A stretch of DNA of 64,000 nucleotides, taken from positions 480,001 to 544,000 of the forward strand of contig CAWHFW010000002.1 in NCBI GenBank assembly GCA_963828735.1, written 5' to 3'. The notes under the pieces are model-generated. The model had not been told where the DNA came from. It made no database searches and saw nothing but the letters and a program-made list of their open reading frames with translations. Position 1 is the stretch's first letter. Every line of letters begins with the position of its first letter. Source of the stretch: an uncultured Gemmatimonadales bacterium. GTDB lineage: Bacteria > Gemmatimonadota > Gemmatimonadetes > Gemmatimonadales > GWC2-71-9. Positions 44,862 to 55,084 of the stretch are shown here, piece after piece. Position numbers and translations under genes: made by a program.

Positions 44862-44888
44862 ATGTCGATGTGTATCCCAGTGCTAACG

Positions 44889-44961
44889 AAAAAGCGGGGC
44901 GACCGACCCGGCCGCAGCCGGTGGTATCGCTCCGCGCACATCCGGGCTGTCGCCCAGGATG
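44889..44961 (-). terminator. Two hairpins in the fusA leader, the second terminator-like
   Basis: Minus strand CATCC-T-GGGC-GACA-GCCC-GGATG, then GCGG...CCGGC-TGCG-GCCGG...CCGC-TTTTT, 27 nt before the ATG. Confidence 0.6.
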
Positions 44962-45078
44962 AGGGGTGCCAGTGGTGCCCCACGCGTTGTCTTCGGAGGA
45001 CCAGAGATGGCGGCCCCGCCGGAGCGGGTCGTCACATGATCCGATGTCGCGAAGCGGCCAAAACCGCCAAGCCCGGTT

Positions 45079-45106
45079 AAAGTAGCGGCTTAGCTCACGA
45101 TGTCAA
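45079..45106 (-). promoter_or_regulatory. Sigma70-type promoter for fusA-tuf-S10-spc
   Basis: Minus strand TTGACA-N16-TACTTT. Confidence 0.65.
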
Positions 45107-45272
45107 CCCATCGTGCGCGCGTAGGGGCCGGCGTGCGAGACCGGTCCGGCCAGCGCGCGCTGGATCGGTGGGGGCCGTGCTAGGCGACCTCGACGCGCCC
45201 GCGGAGCCTTGCCTCCTCGGCCAGGTTGCGGCTTCACTTCCCAAGCGACTGCGCACCAAGAGCTTGTGGCGA

Positions 45273-45300
45273 TGTCGAAAACCCGGGCCTGGCTCCGACT
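45273..45300 (+). promoter_or_regulatory. ECF42-type promoter
   Basis: TGTCGA-N17-CGACT upstream of the DGPF gene, matching the ECF42 consensus as I recall it (TGTCGA / CGA-TC). Confidence 0.65.
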
Positions 45301-45348
45301 TCTCTCTGCCGGCGCCGATGAAGGCGCCCCAACCGACAGGAGAGGACC

Positions 45349-45750
45349 ATGCGGTACATGCTGATGATGCACGCTCCACGCGGAAACTCAGGCGAGTACC
45401 AGATCAACAACTGGGCTCCCGAGGACTTCAAGGCCCACATCGCCTTCATGCATCGGTTCAACCAGGAGCTGACCGAGGCCGGTGAGTTCGTTGGCGCCGA
45501 GGGGCTGGCGCCCCCGGGCCAGGCCCGGGTCGTCCGCGCCGGGAAGCAGGGGGCCCCGGCGGTCACCGACGGACCGTTTCCGGAGGCGAAGGAGTTCCTC
45601 GCCGGTTACTGGATCGTCGAGGTCGACCGGCCCGAGCGCGCGTACGAGATCGCCGCCAAGGCCTCGGCGGCACCGGGGCCGGGCGGGAAGCCACTCATCA
45701 TTCCGATCGAGGTGCGCCAGGTCATGAGCGCGCCGCCGGACCAGGGGTGA
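45349..45750 (+). CDS. DGPF / YciI-family protein
   Basis: TDGPFPEAKEFLAGYWIV, IEVR. Confidence 0.93.
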   Translation: MRYMLMMHAPRGNSGEYQINNWAPEDFKAHIAFMHRFNQELTEAGEFVGAEGLAPPGQARVVRAGKQGAPAVTDGPFPEAKEFLAGYWIVEVDRPERAYEIAAKASAAPGPGGKPLIIPIEVRQVMSAPPDQG

Positions 45751-47024
45751 CCCCGCCGGTCACCGACGCCTCCGTCGGGCACCTGCTGCGCGAACTCGCG
45801 CCGCGGGTGCTCGGCGCCGTCGCGCGGCGCCACGAGGACTTCGCGGCCGCGGAGGACGCGGTGCAGGAAGCGCTGATCGCGGCGGCCAGGCAGTGGCCGC
45901 AGACCGGACTGCCGGACAACCCGCGCGGCTGGCTCTACCGGGTCGCGGTACGGCGTCTTGCCGATCACGTGCGCCGCGAGCGCGCGCGCCGACGCCGCGA
46001 AGATCTCGTGGCGAGCGACCCCTCCGTCGAGGAGGCCGCGCTTGCCGAGGCCGAGGAGGACGCCGGGACAGACTCGGACGATACGCTCATCCTCCTCTTC
46101 ATGTGCTGCCATCCGGCGCTCACGCCGCCGACGGCGATCGCACTGACCCTCCGCGCCGTGGGCGGACTCACGACGGCCGAGATCGCCACTGCCTTCCTGG
46201 TCCCCGAGACCACGATGGCGCAGCGGATCAGCCGGGCCAAACAGAGCATCAAGACCTCCGGCATCCCGTTCCGCCTGCCCAATGCGGAGGAGCGTGCCGA
46301 TCGGCTGCGTGCGGTGCTCCACGTGCTGTATCTGATTTTCAGCGAGGGATACTCCTCCAGCGCGGGTCCGGCGCTGCACCGTGCCGATCTGTCCGACGAG
46401 GCGATCCGCCTCGCCCGCACCGCGCACGCGCTGCTCCCGGGCGATGGAGAGGTCGCGGGTCTCCTCGCGCTCATGCTCCTCACCGATGCGCGCCGCCCAG
46501 CGCGCACCGGCCCGCACGGCGAGCTGATCCCCCTCGATGAGCAGGACCGGTCGCGCTGGGATCAGGGGCTCATCGCGGAAGGGATCGCACTCGTCACGGC
46601 CGCGCTCTCGAGCGGCTCGATCGGATTCTATCAGCTCCAGGCCGCGATCGCGGCGGTCCATGACGAGGCCGCGCGCAGCGAGGACACCGACTGGCCGCAG
46701 ATCCTCGCCCTGTATGGTTTGCTTGGGGGAATGTCGGACAATCCGATGGTCGCGCTCAACCACGCCATCGCGGTGGCCATGGTGCACGGTCCCGAGGCAG
46801 GTCTCGAGCTGCTGACCCCCCTCGATAGCGACCCGCGCCTGAGCGGCCACTACCGTCTCGACGCGGTCCGGGCCCACCTCTTCGAGATGGCCGGTGACTG
46901 TCACCGCGCCCTGGATCACTATCGCGCCGCCGCCGAACGGACGTTGAGCCTGCCCGAGCGAGACTATCTGACGGGCAAGGCGGCGCGACTCGCCGCGCGC
47001 CCGACGGATTCCTCCAAGGGCTGA
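45747..47024 (+). CDS. ECF sigma factor, ECF42 type (C-terminal TPR-like extension)
   Basis: AEDAVQEA, LFMCCHPAL, MAQRISRAK, LYLIFSEGY, YQLQAAIAAVH, TDWPQI; coupled to the DGPF gene. Confidence 0.92.
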   Translation: MTPPVTDASVGHLLRELAPRVLGAVARRHEDFAAAEDAVQEALIAAARQWPQTGLPDNPRGWLYRVAVRRLADHVRRERARRRREDLVASDPSVEEAALAEAEEDAGTDSDDTLILLFMCCHPALTPPTAIALTLRAVGGLTTAEIATAFLVPETTMAQRISRAKQSIKTSGIPFRLPNAEERADRLRAVLHVLYLIFSEGYSSSAGPALHRADLSDEAIRLARTAHALLPGDGEVAGLLALMLLTDARRPARTGPHGELIPLDEQDRSRWDQGLIAEGIALVTAALSSGSIGFYQLQAAIAAVHDEAARSEDTDWPQILALYGLLGGMSDNPMVALNHAIAVAMVHGPEAGLELLTPLDSDPRLSGHYRLDAVRAHLFEMAGDCHRALDHYRAAAERTLSLPERDYLTGKAARLAARPTDSSKG

Positions 47025-47038
47025 GGTTCCCAATGCAC

Positions 47039-47077
47039 GAAGGGCGGGGACGCCGGTCGGCATCCCCGCCCTTCTTT
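47039..47077. terminator. Hairpin terminator between the convergent ECF gene and rpsG
   Basis: GAAGGGCGGGGA...TCCCCGCCCTTC followed by TTT. Confidence 0.75.
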
Positions 47078-47096
47078 ACCCGCCCTCGCGCGCCGG

Positions 47097-47566
47097 CTAC
47101 CAGCGATAGTGCGCGAACGCCCGGTTGGCCTCGGCCATCCGGTGGGTGTCTTCCTTCTTCTTGATCGTGTTCCCCTCACCCTTGCTCGCGAGGATCAGCT
47201 CCGCGGCCAGACGCTCGGACATGGTCTTCTCGGTCCGGGCGCGCGCGAAGGAGATGAGCCAGCGCATGGCGAGAGCGGTGCGGCGATCGGGACGGACTTC
47301 GACCGGGACCTGGAGCGAGGCTCCGCCGACACGGCGGCTCTTCACCTCGAGGGTGGGCTTGGCGTTGTTCACCGCCTGCTTGAAGACCGACACCCCGGGC
47401 TGGCCGGTGCGCTCCTCGATCATGTCCATCGCGGAGTAGAAGATGCCTTCGGCGACGCTCTTCTTCCCCTCGAACATCAGGTTGTTCACGAACTTGGAGA
47501 CGGTCTGGCTGTCGTACCGCGGGTCGGGCGGCACCGGCCGCTTGACGGCCTTGTTGCGGCGGCTCA

Positions 47567-47567
<1 letters not shown>
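47097..47567 (-). CDS. rpsG: 30S ribosomal protein uS7
   Basis: [25 protein letters not shown]. Confidence 0.98.
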
Positions 47568-47974
<407 letters not shown>

Positions 47975-48025
47975 AACCCTGGAGCTTGAGATCCCGAAAG
48001 GCCCCTCATCGGGGACAGACCGGCA

Positions 48026-48054
48026 AATGTAGAGGGGGGCCCGGGTTAGGTCAA
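48026..48054 (-). promoter_or_regulatory. Sigma70 promoter of rpsL-rpsG
   Basis: Minus strand TTGACC-N17-TACATT. Confidence 0.75.
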
Positions 48055-48370
48055 GGCGGCGCGATGGCGCCGACCCGCAACGCGCGGAACGAAAAGGCGC
48101 GCGCCCAACGAGCTGTCATCGCCCACGGTGCGAAGGGTCCATGCCCACCGAACCTGGCTGATGCCTCCGGGTGTCGTGCTCGCCGAGACGCGATGTGGAA
48201 CTGCGGATGACCGTCCTGCTTTTTGCCCCGTCGTTGGCTTTTTGACACGCCCAACCTCCCCAAACCCTGTTGCTACACCCGCTTGACCGTGGTCGCGGCG
48301 CGGCCTCCAACTTGCCCACGTTGCCCGGTCGCCCCCTCCCCCTGCCATTCGCGTCGTCACGGAGCACCGC

Positions 48371-51068
48371 GTGACCCTCGTCCGCTCGACCGCCCTGTGG
48401 CTCCTCGCAGCGCTCGCCGGCTTCGGCCGCGCCGACGCGCAGCGGGGCGATCAGCCGGGCCGGCCGTACGGCGAGGTCACGAAGGGCAGCGAGGTCGGCA
48501 ACGGCATCTTCGCCATTTACTTCAAGCACGACAGCATCTACCTCTCGCTCGCCCCCCGACAGCTCGATCGCGACTACCTGCTCGTCACGCAGATCTCGCA
48601 GGGCATCGGCGAGCTCGGCCTCGACGGCGGTAGCTCCCTGCGCTCCGACCTCGTGCGGTTCCACCGCGAGGGCGACCGGATCGAGCTCTGGGCCGTGAAC
48701 CCGCACGTGGCGGCCGCGCCCGGTTCACCGATGGGGCGGACCGTCGCCTATTCGTTCGGGAACTCGGTGGTCCAGTCGTTCCCCATCGCCGCCGTGCGGG
48801 ACACCAGCGAGATCCTGGTCAACGTCGCACCCTTCTTCCTCTCCGACTGGGCCGACGTGGGCAGCGTGTTCCAGTCGGCCATTGCGCAGCGGAAGCTGAC
48901 CGGCACCGTCTCACTCGACGACAAGCGCTCGAGCCTCCAGTTCCTGCGGCTCTTCGGCACCAATCTCGAAGCCGAGGTGCGGCTCACGTTCCAGACGGCA
49001 CGGAACCTCGGCCTCGAGACCGTGCCGGACTACCGCGCCATCCCGCTCGGGATCCACTACTCGTTGCGCGAGCTTCCGACCGAGCCGATGCGGCCGCGCC
49101 TGGCCGACGACCGGGTCGGCTACTTCATCTCCGCCCTCAAGGACTTCTCGCGTGACACCGCCGAGAGCTACTTCGTCCGCTACGTGAATCGCTGGCGGCT
49201 CGAGAAGCGGAATCCGGGCGCGGCCCTGAGCGAGCCGGTCCAGCCGATCACCTACTACATCGATCGGACCGTCCCGCTCGAGTGGCGGCCCTACGTCCGG
49301 GCCGGGATCCTCGAGTGGAACCGCGCGTTCGAGGACGCGGGGTTTCGGGACGCGATCCGGGTGCTCGATGCGCCCGACGACAGCGCCTGGAGCGCGGCCG
49401 ACACCCGATACTCCACGGTCCGGTGGACCGCGACCAACGGCGCGGTATACGCCATCGGTCCCACCAACGTCGATCCGCGCACGGGCGAGATCCTCAATGC
49501 CGACATCCTGATCTCGGCCGGCGTGGGTGCAGCGCTGGCGGGGGCAGTCAGGGCGGTACGTCGCCCCGCTTGCCGCGGCGCGCGCGGTGCTGGAGACCGA
49601 CTCGCTCGCGCTCGGCCAGGACGGCGACGCGCGCCTCTGCCGCTACGGCGAGGCGATGGGCCAGAGCGGCTCGCTGGTGAGCGCGCTCCTCGCCGCGCGA
49701 GGGGAGATCCCTGCCGGCGCCGAGCCGACGCGCGCCTATGTCGGCCAGGCCCTCAAAGCCCTGGTCATGCACGAGGTCGGACACACGCTCGGTCTGCGTC
49801 ACAACTTCCGCGGATCCGCCGGCGCGAGCGCCGCGCAGCTCGCGAACAGGGGCTGGACTGCCTCGCATGGTTTCGGCGTCTCGGTGATGGATTACACCCC
49901 GCCCGCGCTGGCCCTCGACCCGGCGCGGCAGGGCGACTACTATGCCCCGACCATCGGCAGCTACGATCGCTGGGCGATCACGTACGGGTACGCCGACGTC
50001 GTGACCAGTGCCCCCATCCGCACGACGCCCAAGGGCGCCGGGCCGGAGGCTGGCGCCTGGACTCCCGACATCGAGGTCAACGGGCTGCGGGCCATCGCCT
50101 CGCAGGCGGCGGACCCGGCGCACTTGTACGGCACCGACGAAGACGCGGGCTTCGGCGGCCTCGGACTCGATCCGACCGTCAGCCGGTACGACCAGACGGA
50201 CGACCCGCTCGCCTGGGCGCGCGGACGGGTCGCGCTCATCGACGGCATGTTCGACTCGCTCGAGACCCGGGTGGTGGCGCCAGGCCAGGGATACGGCCGG
50301 CTCCGCGCCGCATTCACCGACCTGCTCAACGACCGCTGGTACGCGCTGCTCGTGACGACCAAGTACCTGGGTGGCGCCACGGTCTCCCGTGACCATCGCG
50401 GAGATCCCGGCGCCCGACCGGCAGTCGTCAACGTCCCCGCCGCGCAGCAGCGCGACGCGCTGGCGTTTCTCGCCGACGCGGCATTCGGCGAGCGTGCCTA
50501 CCGGTTCCCCCCGGCGCTGCTCGGCCAGCTCGCGGCGGACCGGTGGATGCACTGGGGCGCGTCACCGGGCGCGGACGGGCGGCCCGATTTTCCCCTGCAC
50601 GACTGGGCGTTGACGCAACAGGGCTCGCTCCTCGGTCAGCTCCTCGACCCCGTCGTGCTCGCGCGGATCCGGGACGCCGAGCTCCGCGCGGAGCCCGGAG
50701 AGACCACCCTCGGGCTACCGGAGCTGTTCGCCTCCCTCACCGGAGCGATCTGGTCGGAGATCGGCGCGGGGGTTCGCGGGCGCGTGGTGCGCCCGCGCAA
50801 CGTGAGCTCGGTGCGGCGCGACTTCCAGCGATTCTACGTCAATTCGCTGATCCAGACGGCGGTGAGCCCGCCGCCGGGGACACCCGAGGACGCGCGCGCG
50901 CTCGCCCGGGTCACCCTGGCCGGACTCGGCGGCGACCTCGATCGCGCGCTCGGCGTGCCGCGCCCCGAGCTGGACGCCTATACCCGCGCGCATCTCAGCG
51001 ACACGCGCGATCGCATCGCCCGGGCGCTCGACGCCCAAATGATCCAGACCACCACCTTCACGAGGTAG
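48371..51068 (+). CDS. Secreted zinc-dependent metalloprotease (DUF5117/DUF4953 Met-zincin, EcxA-like; frameshift at about 49520)
   Basis: Signal peptide, PRLADDRVGYF, RWRLEK, DPRTGEIL, HEVGHTLGLRHNF, SVMDY, YDRWAI.YGY. Confidence 0.9.
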
Positions 51069-51075
51069 CAGGACG

Positions 51076-51237
51076 ATGCTGCACATTCTCATTGCCTCCG
51101 AGCCGTCACCGCTCATGCAGACTGCCGTGTACATGGGCGGCATCCTCGCCGGCTACCTGCTGCTCACCCGGCCCGAGGAGTGGGAGCGCGTGCGGGAGAC
51201 CGTGCGCGAGGCGTGGGCGCGGCGTCGCGGCGAGTAG
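51076..51237 (+). CDS. Small membrane-anchored protein (53 aa, below ORF-track cutoff)
   Basis: AGGA RBS; MLHILIASEPSPLMQTAVYMGGILAGYLLLTRPEEWERVRETVREAWARRRGE. Confidence 0.55.
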   Translation: MLHILIASEPSPLMQTAVYMGGILAGYLLLTRPEEWERVRETVREAWARRRGE

Positions 51238-51280
51238 CCGGGCGAGGGTGCGGCCCGCGGCCCCCCGTTAGACTTCCCGG

Positions 51281-52222
51281 ATGCCGGGAACCCCCTCCCC
51301 AAACCCGCTCCTGATCCGCCAGCTCCGCAAGTCGTACGGCGACGTGCTCGCCGTGGACGGCATCGACCTGGAGATCCGTCCCGGCGAATGCTTCGGACTC
51401 CTCGGCCCCAACGGCGCCGGGAAGACCACCACCATCGAGATCTGCGAGGGACTCACGCCGCCGGACAGCGGCGAGGTCGTGATCCTCGGCCGCCGGTGGG
51501 GCGAGGACGACCACGCCCTCCGCGAGCTGCTCGGCATCTCGCTCCAGGAGACCCAGTTCTCGGAGAAGCTCACGGTGGCGGAGACGATTCGCCTCTTCCA
51601 CAGCTTCTACCCGCGCGGCCCGTCGGTCGAGGAGGTGACGGACCTCGTGCAGCTCGGCGAGAAGTCCGAGGCACGCGTGGGACAACTCTCGGGCGGCCAG
51701 CGCCAGCGTCTCGCGCTCGCGTGCGCCCTCGTGGGTGATCCGGAGCTTCTGTTCCTCGACGAGCCGACCACCGGGCTCGACCCGCAGTCGCGACGCCAGC
51801 TCTGGGACCTCATCGAGCGATTTCGGGCCGGCGGCCGCTCGATCCTCCTCACGACCCACTACATGGATGAAGCCGAACGCCTGTGCGACCGCGTCGCGAT
51901 CGTGGACCACGGTCGGGTCATCGCGCACGGGACGCCGCGCGAGCTGATCGCGTCCCTGGGGGCGGAGCACGTGCTCGAGTTCGCCGTGGCGGACGGCGCG
52001 CATTTCGACATGGCCGCCCTCGCGGCCGTGGAAGGCATCGGCGCACTCGGACACCAGGACGGCACCTGGCGGCTCGAGGTCTCCGAGCTCCACCAGGCCA
52101 TGCCCGCCCTCCTTGCGGAGCTCCGCCGCCAGGGAGCGCAGCTCTCGGAGCTCCGCACCCACTCGGCGACGCTCGAGGACGTGTTCGTCTCGCTCACGGG
52201 GAGGCAGCTCCGTGACGGGTAG
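51281..52222 (+). CDS. ABC-2 type exporter ATP-binding subunit
   Basis: GPNGAGKT, LSGGQRQR, DEPTTGLDP, TTHYMDEA. Confidence 0.94.
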   Translation: MPGTPSPNPLLIRQLRKSYGDVLAVDGIDLEIRPGECFGLLGPNGAGKTTTIEICEGLTPPDSGEVVILGRRWGEDDHALRELLGISLQETQFSEKLTVAETIRLFHSFYPRGPSVEEVTDLVQLGEKSEARVGQLSGGQRQRLALACALVGDPELLFLDEPTTGLDPQSRRQLWDLIERFRAGGRSILLTTHYMDEAERLCDRVAIVDHGRVIAHGTPRELIASLGAEHVLEFAVADGAHFDMAALAAVEGIGALGHQDGTWRLEVSELHQAMPALLAELRRQGAQLSELRTHSATLEDVFVSLTGRQLRDG

Positions 52223-53258
52223 GCGAGATCGGCCGCTGGTCCAGCTGACCCTGGTCCGGTACCGCGAGTTCTACCGCGAGCCGGAGGCGATCTTCTGGGT
52301 CTTCGTCTTCCCCATCCTGCTCACCGCCGGGCTCGGCATCGCGTTCCGGAGCCGGCCTTCCGATCGAACGCCCGTAGCACTGGTGGCGGACGGTGGGCGA
52401 ACCGACACGCTGGGGCCGCGCCTCGCGCGCGAGGACGGTCTCAAGATCCGCACCCTCGCCGAGCCCGACGCTGCCCAGGCGCTCCGCACGGGCGATGTCG
52501 CACTGGTCGTGGTGCCGAACGACTCCGGCGTCGAGTACCGCTACGACCCCGAGCGCCCGGATGCCCGTGAGGCCCGACTCCGGGTGGACCAGGCGCTGCA
52601 GCGCGCGGCCGGCCGCACCGACCCCGTTCGGGCGAGCGAGCGCACCGTGCGCGAGGCCGGCGCCCGATACGTGGACTTCGTGGTGCCGGGCCTGCTCGGC
52701 ATGAACCTCATGGGGAGCGGCATCTGGGGGATCGGCTTCGCGATCGTGGACGCGAGACGCAAGCACCTCCTCAAGCGCCTCGTGGCGACGCCGATGTCTC
52801 GGACGCAGTATCTGGCGTCCTTTGTTCTTTCCCGTCTCACCTTTCTCGTGATCGAGGTCGCGCTGCTGCTCGGCTTCGCCGCGCTGGTCTTCGGGGTGCC
52901 GCTCCGCGGCTCGCCGGTCCTGCTCGCTGCCCTGTGCCTGTTGTCGGCACTCGCGTTCTCGTCGCTCGGATTGCTGCTGTCGGCGCGCCCGCGCACCGTC
53001 GAAGGCGTGTCCGGACTGATGAACCTCGTGATGCTGCCGATGTGGATCTTTTCGGGGGTCTTCTTCTCGTCCTCGCGATTCCCGGATGCGGTCCAACCGT
53101 TGATCCGAGCCCTTCCGCTCACGGCGGTAATCGACGCGCTCCGGGCCACGATGCTCCGCGGCGCCGGCCTGCCCGAGATCTGGCCGGAGCTGGCCATCAT
53201 CACGGCCTGGCTGGTCGTCAGCTTCATCGTGGCGGTGCGGCTGTTCCGCTGGCGCTAG
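52212..53258 (+). CDS. ABC-2 type exporter permease
   Basis: FWVFVFP, YVDFVVPGLLGM, LKRL.ATP, FSGVFF; GTG overlapping the ATPase gene. Confidence 0.92.
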   Translation: MTGRRDRPLVQLTLVRYREFYREPEAIFWVFVFPILLTAGLGIAFRSRPSDRTPVALVADGGRTDTLGPRLAREDGLKIRTLAEPDAAQALRTGDVALVVVPNDSGVEYRYDPERPDAREARLRVDQALQRAAGRTDPVRASERTVREAGARYVDFVVPGLLGMNLMGSGIWGIGFAIVDARRKHLLKRLVATPMSRTQYLASFVLSRLTFLVIEVALLLGFAALVFGVPLRGSPVLLAALCLLSALAFSSLGLLLSARPRTVEGVSGLMNLVMLPMWIFSGVFFSSSRFPDAVQPLIRALPLTAVIDALRATMLRGAGLPEIWPELAIITAWLVVSFIVAVRLFRWR

Positions 53259-53336
53259 CGCCCTGCCCGCGGTAACGTGGGAGGGCGGTTTGCACACCGC
53301 CGTTCCCTCCCACACGCTCAGACAGAGGTCGGTCTT

Positions 53337-54599
53337 ATGCTCCAACGCCATGCCATGCATGCGCTTGCCGCAGGAATAGTGGTTGTGGCCGCTGCCTGCT
53401 CCGATCAGAATCAGCCGGCCTCGCCGGACCAGCCCGAGGTCGCCGCCAAGGCGATCGGTCAGGGCCCGGTGAACAATCCCAACGCCCTCGGCCGCACCGT
53501 CCGCGGGTTCGGTGGATTCTTCTACGATGCGACCGGCACGCCAACCATGTATCTCAAGGAGGCGGGACAGCGCGGAAACGCCGAGCGGGCGCTCGCGCCC
53601 TACCTCCAGTCACATGGGGTGGCGGCGTCTCGCATCCAGGTGAAGGCGGGCCGGTTCACCTGGGACGAGCTCGAGGCATGGCAGGCGAAGGCTTCGGTCG
53701 AGGCGCTCAAGCTTCCGGGTGCGGTCTTCGTGGACGCCGACGAGGCGGGCAATCAGATCAAGATCGGGGTAGAGCGCGGTAGGGGCGGCCAGGTTCGAGC
53801 CGCGCTCGCGCGTCTGGGCCTGCCGGCAAATGCTGCTGTCGTCGAGGAGACCGAGCCGGTCACGTTTGCGGTCGCCCCCAGGCCCAAACCCGGCAGTGGG
53901 CCCTCGCTCCAAGACCGGGTACGGCCAACCGAAGGCGGGATCCAGATCAACTTCCCGGGCTTCCTCTGCACGCTCGGCTTCAACGCCAAGGACGGCACGC
54001 AGCTGAGCTTCATCACCAACTCCCACTGTACCAAGGTGCAAGGCGGCGTGGACAACACCCCGTACTGGCAGCCGCTTCAGAGCGTCGACAACGTCCAGAT
54101 CGCCACCGAGGTCGAAGATCCGACCTACGGGGCGATCACCGGGTGTCCCGCCGGGCGGCTCTGCCGGCGCGCCGATGCGTCCCGGGCCCGGTATGACGTT
54201 GCCGCGACGAACGTCGCCTTCGGGAAGATCGCCAAGACCGCGCGGCCCTCAAAAGGCTCGCTCGGCATCACCGGCCAGTACTCCATCACCGCGGAAGACG
54301 AGGCCGTGGCCGGCCAGGTCGTGAACAAGGTGGGACGCACCACGGGCTGGTCCCAGGGCCAGGTCACCGCAACCTGCACCAACACCAACGTGAGCGGCAG
54401 CAACATCACCGAGCTGTGCCAGGATTTCGTGAGCGCATCCGTCGGGTCGGGCGACAGTGGCTCGCCCGTGTTCGCGATCTCGGGCGGCGACAACGTCACC
54501 CTCCTGGGCATTCTCTGGGGCGGGAGCGGATCCAGCAGCTTCGTGTTCAGTCCCCTGAGCAACATCAAGGGCGAGATCGGCAACATCACCACGCACTGA
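53337..54599 (+). CDS. Lipoprotein serine protease, chymotrypsin/alpha-lytic (S1) type with prodomain
   Basis: Lipobox AAAC; CTLGF, TNSHC (His), KVGRTTG, GDSGSP (Ser). Confidence 0.88.
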   Translation: MLQRHAMHALAAGIVVVAAACSDQNQPASPDQPEVAAKAIGQGPVNNPNALGRTVRGFGGFFYDATGTPTMYLKEAGQRGNAERALAPYLQSHGVAASRIQVKAGRFTWDELEAWQAKASVEALKLPGAVFVDADEAGNQIKIGVERGRGGQVRAALARLGLPANAAVVEETEPVTFAVAPRPKPGSGPSLQDRVRPTEGGIQINFPGFLCTLGFNAKDGTQLSFITNSHCTKVQGGVDNTPYWQPLQSVDNVQIATEVEDPTYGAITGCPAGRLCRRADASRARYDVAATNVAFGKIAKTARPSKGSLGITGQYSITAEDEAVAGQVVNKVGRTTGWSQGQVTATCTNTNVSGSNITELCQDFVSASVGSGDSGSPVFAISGGDNVTLLGILWGGSGSSSFVFSPLSNIKGEIGNITTH

Positions 54600-54646
54600 G
54601 TTCACGGCCGGCGGCGGCGCTCGTCGCCGCCGGCCACGTCACCCAA

Positions 54647-55084
54647 ATGGGCTTTCCAGTCGCGCTCGTGCTCTACAGCCTGCTGCTCCAGGATTCGGTC
54701 GCCTTCCGCGTGCACGCGCCGCCATCGGTGCGAACCGGCGAGCCCGTGCCCGTCGAGCTCCAGCTCACCAATCGCACCGAGCGCCCCATCACGATCTATT
54801 TGCAGGGGCGGCCGATCGCCTTCGACATCACCGTCCGCCGCGAGGACGGCAGCGTCGTGTGGCGCCGCCTCGAGGGGCAGGTCGTCTCCGCCATCCTCGC
54901 CGTGCGTACGCTGGCCCCCGCCGAGTCGCTCACGTTCGAGGCGGTGTGGGACGGGCGCTTGCCCGGCGGGGCGCCCGCTCCCGCCGGGAGCTACACCATC
55001 ACGGGAACGCTGCCCACCGACACCTCCGAAGGGCTCACCACCGTGCCCACTCCATTGCAGATCCTCGCGGTGCACCCTGAGTAG
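54647..55084 (+). CDS. BsuPI-like (Ig-fold) proteinase-inhibitor domain protein
   Basis: LQLTN......L.....FDITV....G.VVWR......A....TLAP.E...F...WD.......G.Y pattern. Confidence 0.72.
   Translation: MGFPVALVLYSLLLQDSVAFRVHAPPSVRTGEPVPVELQLTNRTERPITIYLQGRPIAFDITVRREDGSVVWRRLEGQVVSAILAVRTLAPAESLTFEAVWDGRLPGGAPAPAGSYTITGTLPTDTSEGLTTVPTPLQILAVHPE

Noticed and set aside
45100..47096. ECF cassette as a mobile element
   Set aside because: No transposase, integrase, terminal repeats or compositional shift.
48060..48370. Possible riboswitch or ncRNA between rpsL and the zincin (two GCTTTTTG repeats, a lone TTGACA)
   Set aside because: No match to a riboswitch consensus I know and no correctly spaced -10; insufficient support.
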